Source: Promethearchaeota archaeon (lineage in GTDB: Archaea > Asgardarchaeota > Lokiarchaeia > Sigyniarchaeales > SOKP01). Taken from it: DNA of 64,000 nt. This document shows, one piece after another, positions 21,239-32,563 of the stretch. Within the stretch, counting starts at the first letter, position 1, and every line of letters starts with the position of its first letter. The notes beneath the pieces are model-generated. The model had not been told where the DNA came from, searched no databases, and saw only the letters and a list, made by a program, of their open reading frames with translations. The stretch covers positions 11,016 to 75,015 of the forward strand of contig JAEOTZ010000056.1 in the NCBI GenBank assembly GCA_016839585.1, in the 5' to 3' direction. The translations under genes were made by a program, and so were the position numbers.

Positions 21239-22624
21239 TTATTTAATAATTTCCCTAAGAAGCATAGTAGCATAAGATCCTTTTTGAATAGAAAATTCAA
21301 TTTTTACTTTTCTCTTGTTCTGATAGAAATCATCCTCTGTAAATTCTATTAACTTTAGATCAATTGGTTTTATCATCATCGCTCTAGTAGATCCTTTAAA
21401 TTCGAATGTATCTAAGAGTTTTTGTTTAAAAATTTTTTGATTTATGTTTTCTTGTTCTATAATTACATCATAAATGGTTTTCATTAGTGGGAATTTGTTC
21501 ATATCAGTATCATAACCAATAATTGGAGCTATTATAGACGCTCGATTGAGATTCAGTGCCTGTTTTAGATATTCATCATAATCTCCACCATATATATAAT
21601 TAACTTGAGTTATGTTACCATTATCATCATCAAGTATGCTAATAACATCACCTTTTAAAGGTTCAAATAAAGAGAAACCTTTATGATATCTTAAAGAAAT
21701 CATCTTATTAAATAGATAAGATTGGAAAGAACTTATTAACAATCTCTTTAAACTAAAAGATAAAGATGATATACACCCTTCATAATCTCCAGGGTTCTCT
21801 ATTAAATACTTTATCATTTTTCTTTCATAGAATAGACTATGTGGAAAATTCACATATGCATTTTGATAATTTTTGTTTTTCTCCAGGTCTTTTCTTACTT
21901 TTATTGATTCCTGAGATTCTGTAGAATAAGTTGATGTTACAAATTCATTAAAAGCGTTTTTATAATCATTTTCTAATAGATATCGACCAATTAAGTGAGA
22001 ATTCGGTCTAAAGGTACCAAATCTCTGGAGACCAAAATAATTAGGAAATCCATATTTAATTAAGAAATTTAATATTTCTTTAATCTTGTTTTCTAAATTT
22101 TCCTTGCTTTCTATATTTCTAATTATTATAGTAAAATAATTACCCCAATGACTTCCTAATTTAACAGATTTTTTAGAAGAAGTTATATCTCTGAAATATA
22201 AATCATTAAATTTTAAATTTCTTAGTTTTTCTATATAATCTCCTTTTATGGAAACTTTTTGAGCACTAATAGAACATTTATCTTTTAATCCAGAATATTG
22301 GATTAATTCTGAAGGGATTTTTAAGGTATTACTAATTTCTCTTATGGCTTCAAATGTATCCTTATTAAATTTAATTAAATTGAATGTAGTATATTTATTA
22401 TTCGATTCTTCTGAAAAAGAGAAATTCTTCTTACCCTTATTTATTTTAAGAATTTTTCCCTTATTGGTTATTTCTTGTACAATAAAATCCTTGTAAGTTT
22501 TTTTATATTCTCCACCAATACCATCTATTCTAGATGTAGCATAAGCTTCAATTCCTACAAATTTTTCTAATTCTTTATTATCATTTTCAGCAAATAAGTA
22601 AGTTACATCCTCTTTTTCTAACAA
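21239..22624 (-). CDS. truD: tRNA pseudouridine(13) synthase TruD/Pus7
   Basis: DFIVQE, YSGLKDK, GNYFTI, FPNYFGLQRFG, GSYATMLLRE. Confidence 0.95.
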   Translation of the reverse strand: MLEKEDVTYLFAENDNKELEKFVGIEAYATSRIDGIGGEYKKTYKDFIVQEITNKGKILKINKGKKNFSFSEESNNKYTTFNLIKFNKDTFEAIREISNTLKIPSELIQYSGLKDKCSISAQKVSIKGDYIEKLRNLKFNDLYFRDITSSKKSVKLGSHWGNYFTIIIRNIESKENLENKIKEILNFLIKYGFPNYFGLQRFGTFRPNSHLIGRYLLENDYKNAFNEFVTSTYSTESQESIKVRKDLEKNKNYQNAYVNFPHSLFYERKMIKYLIENPGDYEGCISSLSFSLKRLLISSFQSYLFNKMISLRYHKGFSLFEPLKGDVISILDDDNGNITQVNYIYGGDYDEYLKQALNLNRASIIAPIIGYDTDMNKFPLMKTIYDVIIEQENINQKIFKQKLLDTFEFKGSTRAMMIKPIDLKLIEFTEDDFYQNKRKVKIEFSIQKGSYATMLLREIIK

Positions 22625-22645
22625 TTTTATAGCCTATTAATCTGA

Positions 22646-23002
22646 TTATAATAATTTTAAATCTCCTGTAATCTTATCAATTTCTGTAGATAATACAGGT
22701 CCAATACCTACTGCTGTTGTTGTTCCTGGAGGTAATTGAGTAAGACCAGCATCTTTTACGATAAAATATGGTAATTTATGTTTCTCAAGTTTAATAATCA
22801 TATTATTCAATTCTTCCTTACTCTTTATTTTGAGAACTATCTTTTTCTGTCCAGAATTTTTCCAATTTTTCCAAACACTTTTATTTTGAAATCGAACTAA
22901 ATCTGAAGCTGAAACACTAGCATGGCACGACTGGGCACACTTTTTACCAGTTCCCATTTCAAGATCTGTTCTTATTAAAATAACTTGCTTATATTCTTCC
23001 AC
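22646..23002 (-). CDS. pth2: Peptidyl-tRNA hydrolase Pth2
   Basis: [47 protein letters not shown]. Confidence 0.95.
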   Translation of the reverse strand: MEEYKQVILIRTDLEMGTGKKCAQSCHASVSASDLVRFQNKSVWKNWKNSGQKKIVLKIKSKEELNNMIIKLEKHKLPYFIVKDAGLTQLPPGTTTAVGIGPVLSTEIDKITGDLKLL

Positions 23003-23051
23003 GATATCTTAAACCTATTATATTTTAAGAAATTAGTAAATTAAATTCTAA

Positions 23052-23561
23052 CTATTGAAACTCAATCCTAGTAATATTTCCTGTTAGTTCTAAAATCAAT
23101 TCTTCTAGTTCTTCTTTAGTAAATAGAATTTTATCTTTATCTTCCTCTCGAAGAACTGCCCTAAATTGAACATCACCAGTAGCTAAGAAGATTTCATTTA
23201 ACGAGACCAATTTGCTAGGTGCAATTAATGCTTCTACTACTGGTCTAGGATTACTTGTTTTTTCAATTAATATAGTTTCATCTATTTGATATGTTTCTTT
23301 TACCCAAGCTATTAATTCTGATGATATTTTAAGTTTATCTTTATTTCCAATCACCAATATTACAACATCTTCGTAATCAATTGCTTTATGAAAAGAAACA
23401 TTTTTTAGAAATTCAAATTTCTCAGAATCTTCCAATTCATTCAAATTTTTGGCTAAATCTAGCTCAAATTCCGTAATTTCTCCAGTATCTAATTTTTCCT
23501 GACAACTAGTGCATAAAAATCCCGAGTTTACACATGTCTTACAAGCTGGAAGAACTTTCAT
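23052..23561 (-). CDS. Archaeal NusA-like/KH protein with N-terminal Cys cluster
   Basis: LPACKTCVNSGFLCTSCQEKLDTGEITEFE pattern. Lies between eL38 and pth2. Confidence 0.65.
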   Translation of the reverse strand: MKVLPACKTCVNSGFLCTSCQEKLDTGEITEFELDLAKNLNELEDSEKFEFLKNVSFHKAIDYEDVVILVIGNKDKLKISSELIAWVKETYQIDETILIEKTSNPRPVVEALIAPSKLVSLNEIFLATGDVQFRAVLREEDKDKILFTKEELEELILELTGNITRIEFQ

Positions 23562-23578
23562 TCAATTTTGACCTAAAA

Positions 23579-23773
23579 TTAAATTTCTATAATCTCACAA
23601 CCAATATTCCTTAATATACGTTCTGCTGATGTTGGATCTGTTTTATATGTATAAAGATGTCTCTTGGTCCTAAGTTTGAGCTTAACTATATCTTTAATCC
23701 TCTTTACCCTACAATGAAATGCATACTCAGATAATTCTAAAAACTTATTCTCATCAAATATTTCTTTTGGCAA
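23579..23773 (-). CDS. rpl38e: 50S ribosomal protein L38e
   Basis: MPKEI...VKLKLRTKRHLYTY matches eL38. TTG start. Confidence 0.85.
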   Translation of the reverse strand: MPKEIFDENKFLELSEYAFHCRVKRIKDIVKLKLRTKRHLYTYKTDPTSAERILRNIGCEIIEI

Positions 23774-23963
23774 ATTTCCTCAGCTAAGTTTCAGTATTGT
23801 AATGATGTGTAGATCTATAATCTATAGAATTTTAATTTTATCATATTATTCAATAATTTTAAACAAAAATTTTATTTTGAATCATATTTTTTAAAAATTA
23901 TTCCTATCTTAGTAATTTCTAAGTTAAATTTAAAATCAAAATAAAAAAGAAGAACTGAGTAAA

Positions 23964-24125
23964 TTGCCAATTGATGACCCAGTTAAGAGGAAAATTGCCA
24001 GGTATCATTTACTGGAAAAATCAGTATGTAGACGTTGCGGTGCTTTGAATCCTATCAGAGCCAAAAAATGTCGAAGATGTCACGGTAAAGACTTACGTTT
24101 AAAAAAAAGAGACCTTACAAAGTAG
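23964..24125 (+). CDS. rpl40e: 50S ribosomal protein L40e (53 aa, not in the ORF track)
   Basis: TTG start; MPIDDPVKRKIARYHLLEKSVCRRCGALNPIRAKKCRRCHGKDLRLKKRDLTK. Not fused to ubiquitin. Confidence 0.92.
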   Translation: MPIDDPVKRKIARYHLLEKSVCRRCGALNPIRAKKCRRCHGKDLRLKKRDLTK

Positions 24126-24258
24126 TTTTGTTTGATTTTTTCTACTTATTTTAAGAATTTTAATCTTGACCTAAGATTATTGAATAACTTTTCAAAAATT
24201 TTTTAATGAAAACCTTAATACTCTTTTTCTTTAAATAGGTAGAAAATGAAAAGGTAAT

Positions 24259-24540
24259 ATGACAGAGAATCGTAAATTGTTATGTGAGGTTGTTTTTTCT
24301 GATCATAATTTAGGGTTATTAACAAGCTTAATAGGACATATAGATGAGAGTCAGTTAGATCAATTTTCAAACGGAGGAGGCAAGTTTATTACTTTAAAAG
24401 AAAAGCATCACCCACCCATTTATAAACCTGACATAAAAGAGATAATTATTTATCGGGTAGATAAACATTCCACTATTGGTAAGGAAAAAATAGACTTGAA
24501 TAATTATATCAAAAGCAACTTTAAAGTAAAAATTAGTTAA
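24259..24540 (+). CDS. Hypothetical protein
   Basis: 93-aa ORF preceded by an AAGGT SD-like site. Confidence 0.55.
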   Translation: MTENRKLLCEVVFSDHNLGLLTSLIGHIDESQLDQFSNGGGKFITLKEKHHPPIYKPDIKEIIIYRVDKHSTIGKEKIDLNNYIKSNFKVKIS

Positions 24541-24753
24541 AGATTTTTTTATACTCCCTCAACTATTTATATTCTTCTTAGATTGTACCTTCTAATATTG
24601 AACTAATTTCAATATTTTATACTCTCAGCTTTATATTTAAAAAAAACAAAAAATTCGTAAACTTTTTTAATTTTATGACTTAGAGATCATTATATATATA
24701 ATCATTAAAAATCAAAATTAAATCAAAATAAAATTTACAGAACGTGAAAAATA

Positions 24754-26442
24754 ATGGCACAATTAGGTGGAACTCCTGTATTAATAATGAGGGAAGGCAC
24801 AGAGAGAACACGCGGTAGGGATGCATTGGAAAACAATATTGCTGCCGCCATAGTAATTGCAGAAGCAGTTAGAACATCATTAGGACCACGGGGAATGGAC
24901 AAAATGCTTGTAGATCAATTCGGAGATGTAGTCATTACGAATGATGGTGCAACAATTCTTAAAGAAATAGATGTTCAACATCCAGCAGCTAAAATGATGG
25001 TCGAGGTTGCAAAAACTCAGGATTCTGAAGTTGGAGATGGGACAACAACATCTGTAATTCTTGCTGGAGAGCTTCTAAAGCGCGCTAAGAAACTTTTAGA
25101 ACAAAAAATACATCCTACAGTGATTACAGAAGGTTTTAGGAAGGCATCAGAAAAAGCTATAGAAATTTTAGATAAGATGTCAATCAAAAGTGGCATTGAC
25201 GATAAAATAGGGCTAAAAAACGCGGCTATGACATGTATGTCATCAAAACTTGTTTCAGAAAGTAAAGAACAATTAGCCCAAATCTGTATGAATGCTATTG
25301 AGGCTATTGCTGAAAAAGATGATAATGGTAATTGGGTTGCTGATATTGAAAAGGTTCAAATTCAAAAGAAAGCAGGAGAAAGCATAGATGATACTAGTTT
25401 AATTAAGGGTATCATTCTTGATAAAGAAGTCGTAAGTCCAGGCATGCCAAAAATCATTAAAGATGCAAAAATCTTACTCTTACAAAGTGCAATAGAAATT
25501 GAAAAGACAGAATTTGACACTAAACTCCAAATTACCAGCCCTGAACAAATTCAACAATTCCTTGATGAAGAAGAGAAAATGTTAAGGACTATGGTTGAGA
25601 AGGTCGTTAATTCCGGAGCTAATGTAGTTATCTGTCAGAAAGGAATAGATGATATGGCTCAACATTTCTTATCTAAAGCTGGAATTATGGCTGTTAGAAG
25701 AGTAAAAAAATCAGACCTTGAAAAACTATCAAAAGCTACTGGTGGTATGATCTTCACCAATCTTGATGATATAACTGAAAATACACTAGGTTGGGCAGGA
25801 CTAGTAGAAGAACGTAAGATTATGAACGATAGCTGGATTTTTATTGAAGAATGTAAAGATCCTAAATCTGTTGTAATTTTGATCAGAGGTGGTACTGAAC
25901 TTGTTGTCGATGAGGCTGAAAGAGCCATTCATGATGCCCTTTGCGTAGTGAGAGATGTCGTAGAAGATCAAAAACTCGTTGGTGGTGGAGGCGCTCCAGA
26001 ATTAGAAACTGCTATTCAATTGAGACAATATGCCTCTACCTTAGGAGGTCGTGAGCAATTAGCAGTAGAAATTTTTGCTGATAGCCTTGATATAATCCCA
26101 AAAACCTTAGCTGAAAATGCTGGCCTAGATCAAATTGATTCCTTAATGAAATTGAGAGCATCACATCAAAAAGGCAATAAATTTGCGGGTCTTGATCTAG
26201 ATACTGGCAATGTAATTGATGACATGGCTAAAGTGGGTGTCGTTGAACCAACCGTAGTTAAAGTTCAAGCTATTAAAAGCTCGACCGAAGCAACTTCCAT
26301 GATCCTTCGCATTGACGATGTAATTGCTGGTGCAAAAAGCGCGATGCCACCTGGAATGCCTCCTGGAGGTCCTGGCGGTATGCCGCCTGGGATGGGGGGT
26401 ATGGGAGGTATGGGTGGAGGATATCCTCCAGATATGTATTAG
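24754..26442 (+). CDS. ths: Thermosome (group II chaperonin) subunit
   Basis: [30 protein letters not shown] and a Gly/Met/Pro-rich tail. Confidence 0.97.
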   Translation: MAQLGGTPVLIMREGTERTRGRDALENNIAAAIVIAEAVRTSLGPRGMDKMLVDQFGDVVITNDGATILKEIDVQHPAAKMMVEVAKTQDSEVGDGTTTSVILAGELLKRAKKLLEQKIHPTVITEGFRKASEKAIEILDKMSIKSGIDDKIGLKNAAMTCMSSKLVSESKEQLAQICMNAIEAIAEKDDNGNWVADIEKVQIQKKAGESIDDTSLIKGIILDKEVVSPGMPKIIKDAKILLLQSAIEIEKTEFDTKLQITSPEQIQQFLDEEEKMLRTMVEKVVNSGANVVICQKGIDDMAQHFLSKAGIMAVRRVKKSDLEKLSKATGGMIFTNLDDITENTLGWAGLVEERKIMNDSWIFIEECKDPKSVVILIRGGTELVVDEAERAIHDALCVVRDVVEDQKLVGGGGAPELETAIQLRQYASTLGGREQLAVEIFADSLDIIPKTLAENAGLDQIDSLMKLRASHQKGNKFAGLDLDTGNVIDDMAKVGVVEPTVVKVQAIKSSTEATSMILRIDDVIAGAKSAMPPGMPPGGPGGMPPGMGGMGGMGGGYPPDMY

Positions 26443-26449
26443 ATCTAAT

Positions 26450-26500
26450 CATTTTTTTTAATTTATTTTTTCTTTCTATTTTTCTTATAGCTTTTAAACT
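26450..26500 (+). terminator. Oligo-T tract terminator after the thermosome gene
   Basis: TTTTTTTTAATTTATTTTTTCTTTCTATTTTTC immediately follows the stop codon. Confidence 0.5.
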
Positions 26501-26609
26501 ATTTTTTGAGCAACTTTATATTCGATTAGATCTATTCCATCAATTTAATGAATAATCTCGATAAGTAATAACCAGAAGTATATAATAATTTCCCAGAGAC
26601 CTCTCGTTT

Positions 26610-27050
26610 TTATTCACTTTTTTTAAGGTTAAAACTATGTCTAAACTGTGCCATCATTTCCTCGAAAGTCTCCATCCATTTCTTAATGGCGCTTATTGTA
26701 TTATCATATTCTATAATTTCAATACCATCAGGTAAATTAAATACGTCAATCGAGTCAGAATCGACTACCGCTTGGTTATACAGTATAGGAGATATATCCC
26801 TATATATTACTCGATTATTATAGCTCTCTGCCTTCTTGATTATATCCTGTGCCAAGTCATGAAGAGGTTCCCACATGTAATCTTCACAGGGGACTACCAC
26901 CTGTCTAAAAAGAGTAGCTGCCTGTACCCAGTTTGGATCTTGATATTCATTCATCTCTTCTTCCAAAAGCTTTCTTATTTCATGCTCAATATACCCTTGG
27001 ATATCAACACGAGTATCATACATCCTGTCTAATCCTGCCAATTTCCTCAC
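26610..27050 (-). CDS. Hypothetical protein
   Basis: 146-aa ORF at the start of the accessory block. Confidence 0.6.
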   Translation of the reverse strand: MRKLAGLDRMYDTRVDIQGYIEHEIRKLLEEEMNEYQDPNWVQAATLFRQVVVPCEDYMWEPLHDLAQDIIKKAESYNNRVIYRDISPILYNQAVVDSDSIDVFNLPDGIEIIEYDNTISAIKKWMETFEEMMAQFRHSFNLKKSE

Positions 27051-27165
27051 CTTTTAGATTTATAGTTTCTACTTCTCTGAATATTAATTAAATTTATAAT
27101 TAGAATCATTTTCTTTTCATTATATTTAAAGAAAAATCTAATCACTCTTGACGAAAATCAAAACA

Positions 27166-27520
27166 AATTCAAAGCTTAATCTAATAGTGGAGAAAGGTAT
27201 ATTTTTATAATACTTAGTGATTATTTATTCTAACAATCCATAAAATTATAAATTAAGGTGATTAAAAATTACATTAAAATTTCCAAGTTCTATAATTTGT
27301 CCTAGTTGCAAAAAGGAAATTAGGATCGAACGCGATGAAAAGGGTATGCTAATTACTGATGAACTTCTCACAATGCGAATAAGGACTCCACTTTATACAG
27401 TTCCCGGAAAAATAACAGATGCCCGTGTAGATATAAGTATATGCTCTCAATGTCGCACGATAGTTGGAATCGGTAGAAAAATGTAAGTTCTTTTATTCAT
27501 CCATAATCTAATTTATTCTT
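27166..27520 (+). repeat. Direct repeat copy 1 (about 350 bp; upstream region plus small gene)
   Basis: Aligns by eye with 35409-35770 (AATTCAAAGCTTAAT.../AATTCAATGCTTAAT... through ...GGTAGAAAAAT(G/A)TAAGTTCT). Confidence 0.9.
27268..27486 (+). CDS. 72-aa zinc-ribbon protein, copy 1, probable ATT start
   Basis: ITLKFPSSIICPSCKKEIRIERDEKGMLITDELLTMRIRTPLYTVPGKITDARVDISICSQCRTIVGIGRKM*. AGGTGA lies 6 nt upstream of the ATT, and there is an in-frame TGA just upstream. Confidence 0.7.
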   Translation: MTLKFPSSIICPSCKKEIRIERDEKGMLITDELLTMRIRTPLYTVPGKITDARVDISICSQCRTIVGIGRKM

Positions 27521-27931
27521 TTTGTAGTTCTCTCATAATGGCTATAATGCTTGTAGGTAAAGTGATTCCAGCAATGACTAAAGCAATAATAAGTCCATAT
27601 TTTTGTAAATTTTCGCGACTCATAAGTAGTATTGTGTATGGTTTGTTTATAAATTCATTTTTATTTTTATTCAATCCATTATAAAAAAACAGCTGTTATT
27701 ATTGCGACAGCAATCCCCGCAAGTGTTACTATTATTGTTGGAACTTTTACCTTTTTCTCCCATTTTTTCTTAAATGCAACAATAGTAAGAACACATGCTA
27801 TTGCTGATATTGAGATTGAAGTCCTATATCAAAATTAAATTTTTTATTTAATAAAAAAAAAGTTGTTTTATTATTTTTTTGCTGATAATTTAGGTTAGGT
27901 ATCACAAATTACAAGGAAAGATTTAAATAAA

Positions 27932-29422
27932 TCAGCTACTGCTAATTCCCTTCAAATAATTACGCTTCTGGAGTAAAATTTGAATTTGCTCATCTACACG
28001 AGCTAAATCCATTCGTTCAGATATTTTTCCTCCAGATGTTCTTAATTTTTCCCATTTGAGAAAATTTTTTGATAATTCAGTTTGCTCCTCTTCGATTCGT
28101 TTAGTTAATAAATTTAAACCATGTAAATGAGCAATATCTAAAGCTTGTGTTAATAACTCTTGAGCTTCCTTAAATTCAAAAGTCACTAACCTTAATTTAG
28201 CTTGGATTAAGTGCATTTCGGCAAGGAGCGAAAAAAGTTCTTCATTTTCGGCGATAAACCGAATTTTTTCAATGTAAGGTTGGACATTATCTAATTCTTT
28301 TAAATTGCTAGATTTCTTTAGGCGTATTAAATAAAGATCGCATAAATTTATTAAAGCATATAATTGAAACTCTAGAAATTTAGTATCCTTATTAGCAACT
28401 TCCTTAAAGATTTTTTCTGCTTTTGATTGAGAAATCTCGCGAGAATCTTTTTTTAACAATGCAGCTTCTTGAAGTCGATAAATTAACTCATTAAATTTGA
28501 AAGTCCCTTGTTTAACAAGTTCTCCCATTCGATCGTGACATTGTTGAGCTTTTTCAAGAGAATTTGATTTTAAATAAGTATCAAAAAGAGAGGAAATTAA
28601 AAGAAAAGTTTTCCAACTATTAATTTTGTAACACAACGATAGTCCTCTTTCTAAATGTTCTATTGCTTGCTTAATTTCTCCCTTTTCAGTAAGTTCCATT
28701 CCTAAAGAGTTATAAGCCCCAATAATTTCTTGTTTATCGTTAAGTTCGATGGCTAGTGCTAAGTATCGTCTTTTATATTCTAAAGCACGATCACTTTCAC
28801 CCTTAATACTATATATGATAGATAACCATTTAGTTGTTTGCAGAATTAGCTTTTTATCATTTATCTCTTTAGCAAGTTGAGAAGCTTCACAAAAAAACAT
28901 TAAACAATGGGAAATATCACCCCAACTAAAATAACAACAGCCCTTACGTAATAAAACATATCCCTTCATCATTTTGAATTCATGCGAGGATTTTTGATTG
29001 TTCCTTGCAAGCAATTCTTCTGCTTCATTAATCACTTCTAAAGAGTTACTTGGTTCAAGCATACTTCCAAAAATTCGACTCTTCAACATAAGAGAACTAA
29101 TGATTTCGTAATCTGATTTCAATTCTTTACTTTCTTTGTAGGCGAGTTCAGCGTAATTCAAAGCTTCTTTAGTAGATAAAAGATCAAAAAGAATAGAACT
29201 CTTCAAAAAAGAATAATGAAATCTTTCATGAGTAGTTAGATTTCTATTAACATCAAAATTATTTAAAATTTTGAGAGCTTCTTTGAGTTTCCAATTATTT
29301 TTCAGATTTTCTGCCTGTTCTAATTCTTGATTATTAATAATCGGCATCATGGTCAACTCTAACCTCAATTTTGGAGTAAAATTCTTATTAAGCTTCTCTA
29401 AATAAAGACACCTCTTAATCAT
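27932..29422 (-). CDS. Tetratricopeptide-repeat protein
   Basis: Repeated TPR helices (AYNSLGMELTEKGEIKQAIEHLERGL). The start may be internal (MMPII). Confidence 0.8.
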   Translation of the reverse strand: MIKRCLYLEKLNKNFTPKLRLELTMMPIINNQELEQAENLKNNWKLKEALKILNNFDVNRNLTTHERFHYSFLKSSILFDLLSTKEALNYAELAYKESKELKSDYEIISSLMLKSRIFGSMLEPSNSLEVINEAEELLARNNQKSSHEFKMMKGYVLLRKGCCYFSWGDISHCLMFFCEASQLAKEINDKKLILQTTKWLSIIYSIKGESDRALEYKRRYLALAIELNDKQEIIGAYNSLGMELTEKGEIKQAIEHLERGLSLCYKINSWKTFLLISSLFDTYLKSNSLEKAQQCHDRMGELVKQGTFKFNELIYRLQEAALLKKDSREISQSKAEKIFKEVANKDTKFLEFQLYALINLCDLYLIRLKKSSNLKELDNVQPYIEKIRFIAENEELFSLLAEMHLIQAKLRLVTFEFKEAQELLTQALDIAHLHGLNLLTKRIEEEQTELSKNFLKWEKLRTSGGKISERMDLARVDEQIQILLQKRNYLKGISSS

Positions 29423-30075
29423 TTCTTCATTATTATCTTTTTTTTTAGTTCAAAGAGAGCAGCGAGAGGTAAAGAGATGTCAAAATAAACAAAAGCCTCC
29501 TCTGTATTTAAATCTTCTTCCATTGCCAACTTTTGCAACTTCAAAATGTATTCGGCATGGATATCCATTAGAGCTTCAGCGCGCTTTTTATCAAAATAGA
29601 ACACAACAGGTGCAGGGATAAAGGATAAATATTCATCGTAGATATCTTTAACTTTTTCAGGATCATCCAACTTGCTTTCAAGAAGATTCAGCAGTGGATC
29701 TAAATAACTCAACAATTTACTGATGTTATAACCTGTTTTTCGATAATGATTAATTACTTTTTTGTAAAAATTCTCCTCTTCTTCCTCTGCTTTTTTAAAT
29801 TTTGGGTTAATTCTATAAATTTTTGGAGGAATTCTTCCTTTTATGACATTTTCAGGTGTTCTGCAGAGAAGAAGCCCCTCATTCTTCATTAGTTTTAGGT
29901 GCCTAGCGACCGTTGTTTTCCCTTGTTCTACATAATGAGTAATTTGAGTGACATTCAATTCATTATGTAGTTCAAGGAGAGCCCATATATCAGATCTTAT
30001 TCTGTGTTTAGCTATTAATTGGTCCCATTCTTCTTCAATTACATAAGTATTTTCTACATCTGACGAAATTTTCAT
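29419..30075 (-). CDS. ArsR-like winged-helix transcription regulator
   Basis: RIRSDIWALL..HNELNVTQI....QGKTTVARHLKLM. Confidence 0.8.
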   Translation of the reverse strand: MKISSDVENTYVIEEEWDQLIAKHRIRSDIWALLELHNELNVTQITHYVEQGKTTVARHLKLMKNEGLLLCRTPENVIKGRIPPKIYRINPKFKKAEEEEENFYKKVINHYRKTGYNISKLLSYLDPLLNLLESKLDDPEKVKDIYDEYLSFIPAPVVFYFDKKRAEALMDIHAEYILKLQKLAMEEDLNTEEAFVYFDISLPLAALFELKKKIIMKK

Positions 30076-30435
30076 ACCCTCTTTATAAATTTATTTTGGA
30101 TATTAATATTACTCTTATTTTATTTTAATGTATAGAATTTTTCACATTTTTCATGATAATTTTACAATATATATACTATGGAATGTTATTAATTTTTACT
30201 TTTATATAATATATATTGATCTTAAATATAAAAATCTGATCGAAATATTTATATGCAATACGTTCTGTTTAATATAATAATGGCACGATATTAGGATCAA
30301 GTCACAAAAATTTGTATAATCGAACGAAATTAATATAAATTAGTTTCTAAAAAAAAGGCAATTATAATGATTTTAGGAAAAGGATTCAAAAAAAAATAAA
30401 GAGTTAAATACAGAAAATAAGTAAATGGTGTTTTA

Positions 30436-32226
30436 ATGAATAAAAAAAAAATACTGATTACTACTATAGTAATCCTGACTTTAAGCACTTTTGTGGATGT
30501 TATATTTTGTTCCTCGAATAGTAAAATTGATTTTCACAACAGACAATTGAAAATAGACAAAGATGATATCACAAATCTAAAATCCTCAACTGTTACTGTT
30601 AATACGACCGAAACTGACTTCTGGTATGATGGAGGAACAGCTTTTGGTGTTGATGTATCAGGGGGAAAAGCATATATAGCAGATGGGTTTGATGGATTAG
30701 AGATTATTGCTGTCTCAGATCCATCAGATATTTATGAAGTGAACCAATATCATGATGGGGAGGGAGAAGCTAGGAAGGTCTTAGTTAGCGGGGATATGGC
30801 ATACGTCGTAGAAAGATATTATGGAGTTCCGTTTGTTTGGCAAGCTATAGAGTATGTTGATCTTACATATGGAATTTTAGACTACCACCTCCAGGCTACT
30901 GAAACACGAAATATAGCACTCTCTGGTGACCTCTATGTGGCGAGTTGGCTTTATGGTGTAGAGGTATTTAGGCCCCCTCATCCAATATCTTTACCATACC
31001 CCCCGTACACGGAGTACCCAAGTATAATTGGTGCTTACTATAACGGTAATAATGCGTCGAGAGATGTAACAATTTCAGATCAATACGTCTATGTTGCAGA
31101 TGGTTTTTATGGTTTAGAAATCTATAATAGAACTGATCAGTCTCTAGTTGGATATTATAATGATGGTGGTGATGCACTTGATATTTTTATTGTAGGAGAT
31201 TATGCGTATGTTGGAGAAGGTTCTGATGGATTTGAGATAATTGATATTTCAGATCCTGCCCATCCAGAGGAACTAGGAAATTACAGTGATGGTGGTTATA
31301 CATATGATATTTTTGTTGTAGGAGATTATGCGTATGTAGCTGATGGATCTGATGGTTTGGAGATTATTGATATCTCAGTTCCTGCCCATCCAGTGGAAGT
31401 GGGAGGATATTATGACGGCAGTGGAACTGCCTATGAAGTTTTTGTTGTAGGAAATTATGCTTATGTAGCTGATGGGGATGATGGATTAGAGGTCATATAT
31501 ATTGATATTGTTGAACATTTTTTAGATGTCACTTCACCTACTGATTCATCATATTGGCAGACAGGTGATAAATATCATATAAATTGGTATTGGGAAGGTG
31601 AAATCAATAATGTAAGGATTACATTACTTAAGGATGGTGCCTATGACCAAACTATCAATGCAAACACTTCTAACGATGGAGATTACGAGTGGTCTGTACC
31701 TGGGGGGTTAGCTTATTCAAAACAGTATCAAATAAAAATAGAAGACGTTTTAGATCCGAGTGTGTTTGATTTAAGTAGTACCTTTGAAATATATACCAAT
31801 ACCATTACTGTATTAACACCAGATAGTACCACGTCCTGGGAAGCAGGAAAATCCCAATACATTTACTGGGATTATACCGGCCGTATATCTACTGTTGATA
31901 TCGTTCTGTATGAAGAAGGTAATTATGTGGATACAATTGAAACTTATATTCCGAATGAGGGTTCTTATTATTGGACAATCGATTCAAGTTTGGATGGTTC
32001 TACACGATACCAAATCAAAATCATGGAATCTGGAGATCCTAATATTTATAGCCTAAGCGATTATTTTACTATTGTAGAACCTCCCATTCAGAAGACGCCA
32101 ATCTGGAAAGAAGGGTGGTTTTGGGCTATGATAGGGGCACTAGGCGGGTTAGTTCCCATTACTGCGATTATAGGGTATATAAGAAAGCGATTAAGGAGAA
32201 AAAAAAAGATTAAAAAAGAAATGTGA
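30436..32226 (+). CDS. Membrane-anchored surface protein: LVIVD beta-propeller repeats, two Ser/Thr-rich Ig-like (Kre9/Knh1-like) domains and a C-terminal TM
   Basis: Signal peptide; repeats of VVGDYAYVADGSDGLEIIDIS.P..P; two VTSP...W..G..Y.I.W domains; TM helix with basic tail. Confidence 0.85.
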   Translation: MNKKKILITTIVILTLSTFVDVIFCSSNSKIDFHNRQLKIDKDDITNLKSSTVTVNTTETDFWYDGGTAFGVDVSGGKAYIADGFDGLEIIAVSDPSDIYEVNQYHDGEGEARKVLVSGDMAYVVERYYGVPFVWQAIEYVDLTYGILDYHLQATETRNIALSGDLYVASWLYGVEVFRPPHPISLPYPPYTEYPSIIGAYYNGNNASRDVTISDQYVYVADGFYGLEIYNRTDQSLVGYYNDGGDALDIFIVGDYAYVGEGSDGFEIIDISDPAHPEELGNYSDGGYTYDIFVVGDYAYVADGSDGLEIIDISVPAHPVEVGGYYDGSGTAYEVFVVGNYAYVADGDDGLEVIYIDIVEHFLDVTSPTDSSYWQTGDKYHINWYWEGEINNVRITLLKDGAYDQTINANTSNDGDYEWSVPGGLAYSKQYQIKIEDVLDPSVFDLSSTFEIYTNTITVLTPDSTTSWEAGKSQYIYWDYTGRISTVDIVLYEEGNYVDTIETYIPNEGSYYWTIDSSLDGSTRYQIKIMESGDPNIYSLSDYFTIVEPPIQKTPIWKEGWFWAMIGALGGLVPITAIIGYIRKRLRRKKKIKKEM

Positions 32227-32563
32227 ATTATTTTTTTTACTTTTATTTTATTTATTTTTTTCTTTCTATTTTTCTTGCAGTTTTTTAGCTATGTTTTGGG
32301 CAAGTTCACATCCAACTATCTCTATTCCGTTAATTTCCCACTTAAGCTGTTTTAATTATGAATACTATGAATATTGTTCTGCTAATTTAGAAGAAGAAGA
32401 AAGTTTTGAGAGGTTACGAGCCTACAATAAAAGACTATATGAAGAAGAACAAAAACAGAAAAGTTAAATAATGAACTTATTTTTAATTTCATTTTTGTTA
32501 TTATTTCTGCTAAAGATCCTTTAAGAGATTGGAATTTATTCCCATTAAGGATCCAAAAACGTT

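Noticed and set aside
26340-26442. GC-rich repetitive stretch at the thermosome 3' end as an RNA element
   Set aside because: It is explained by the ordinary Gly/Met/Pro-rich chaperonin tail.
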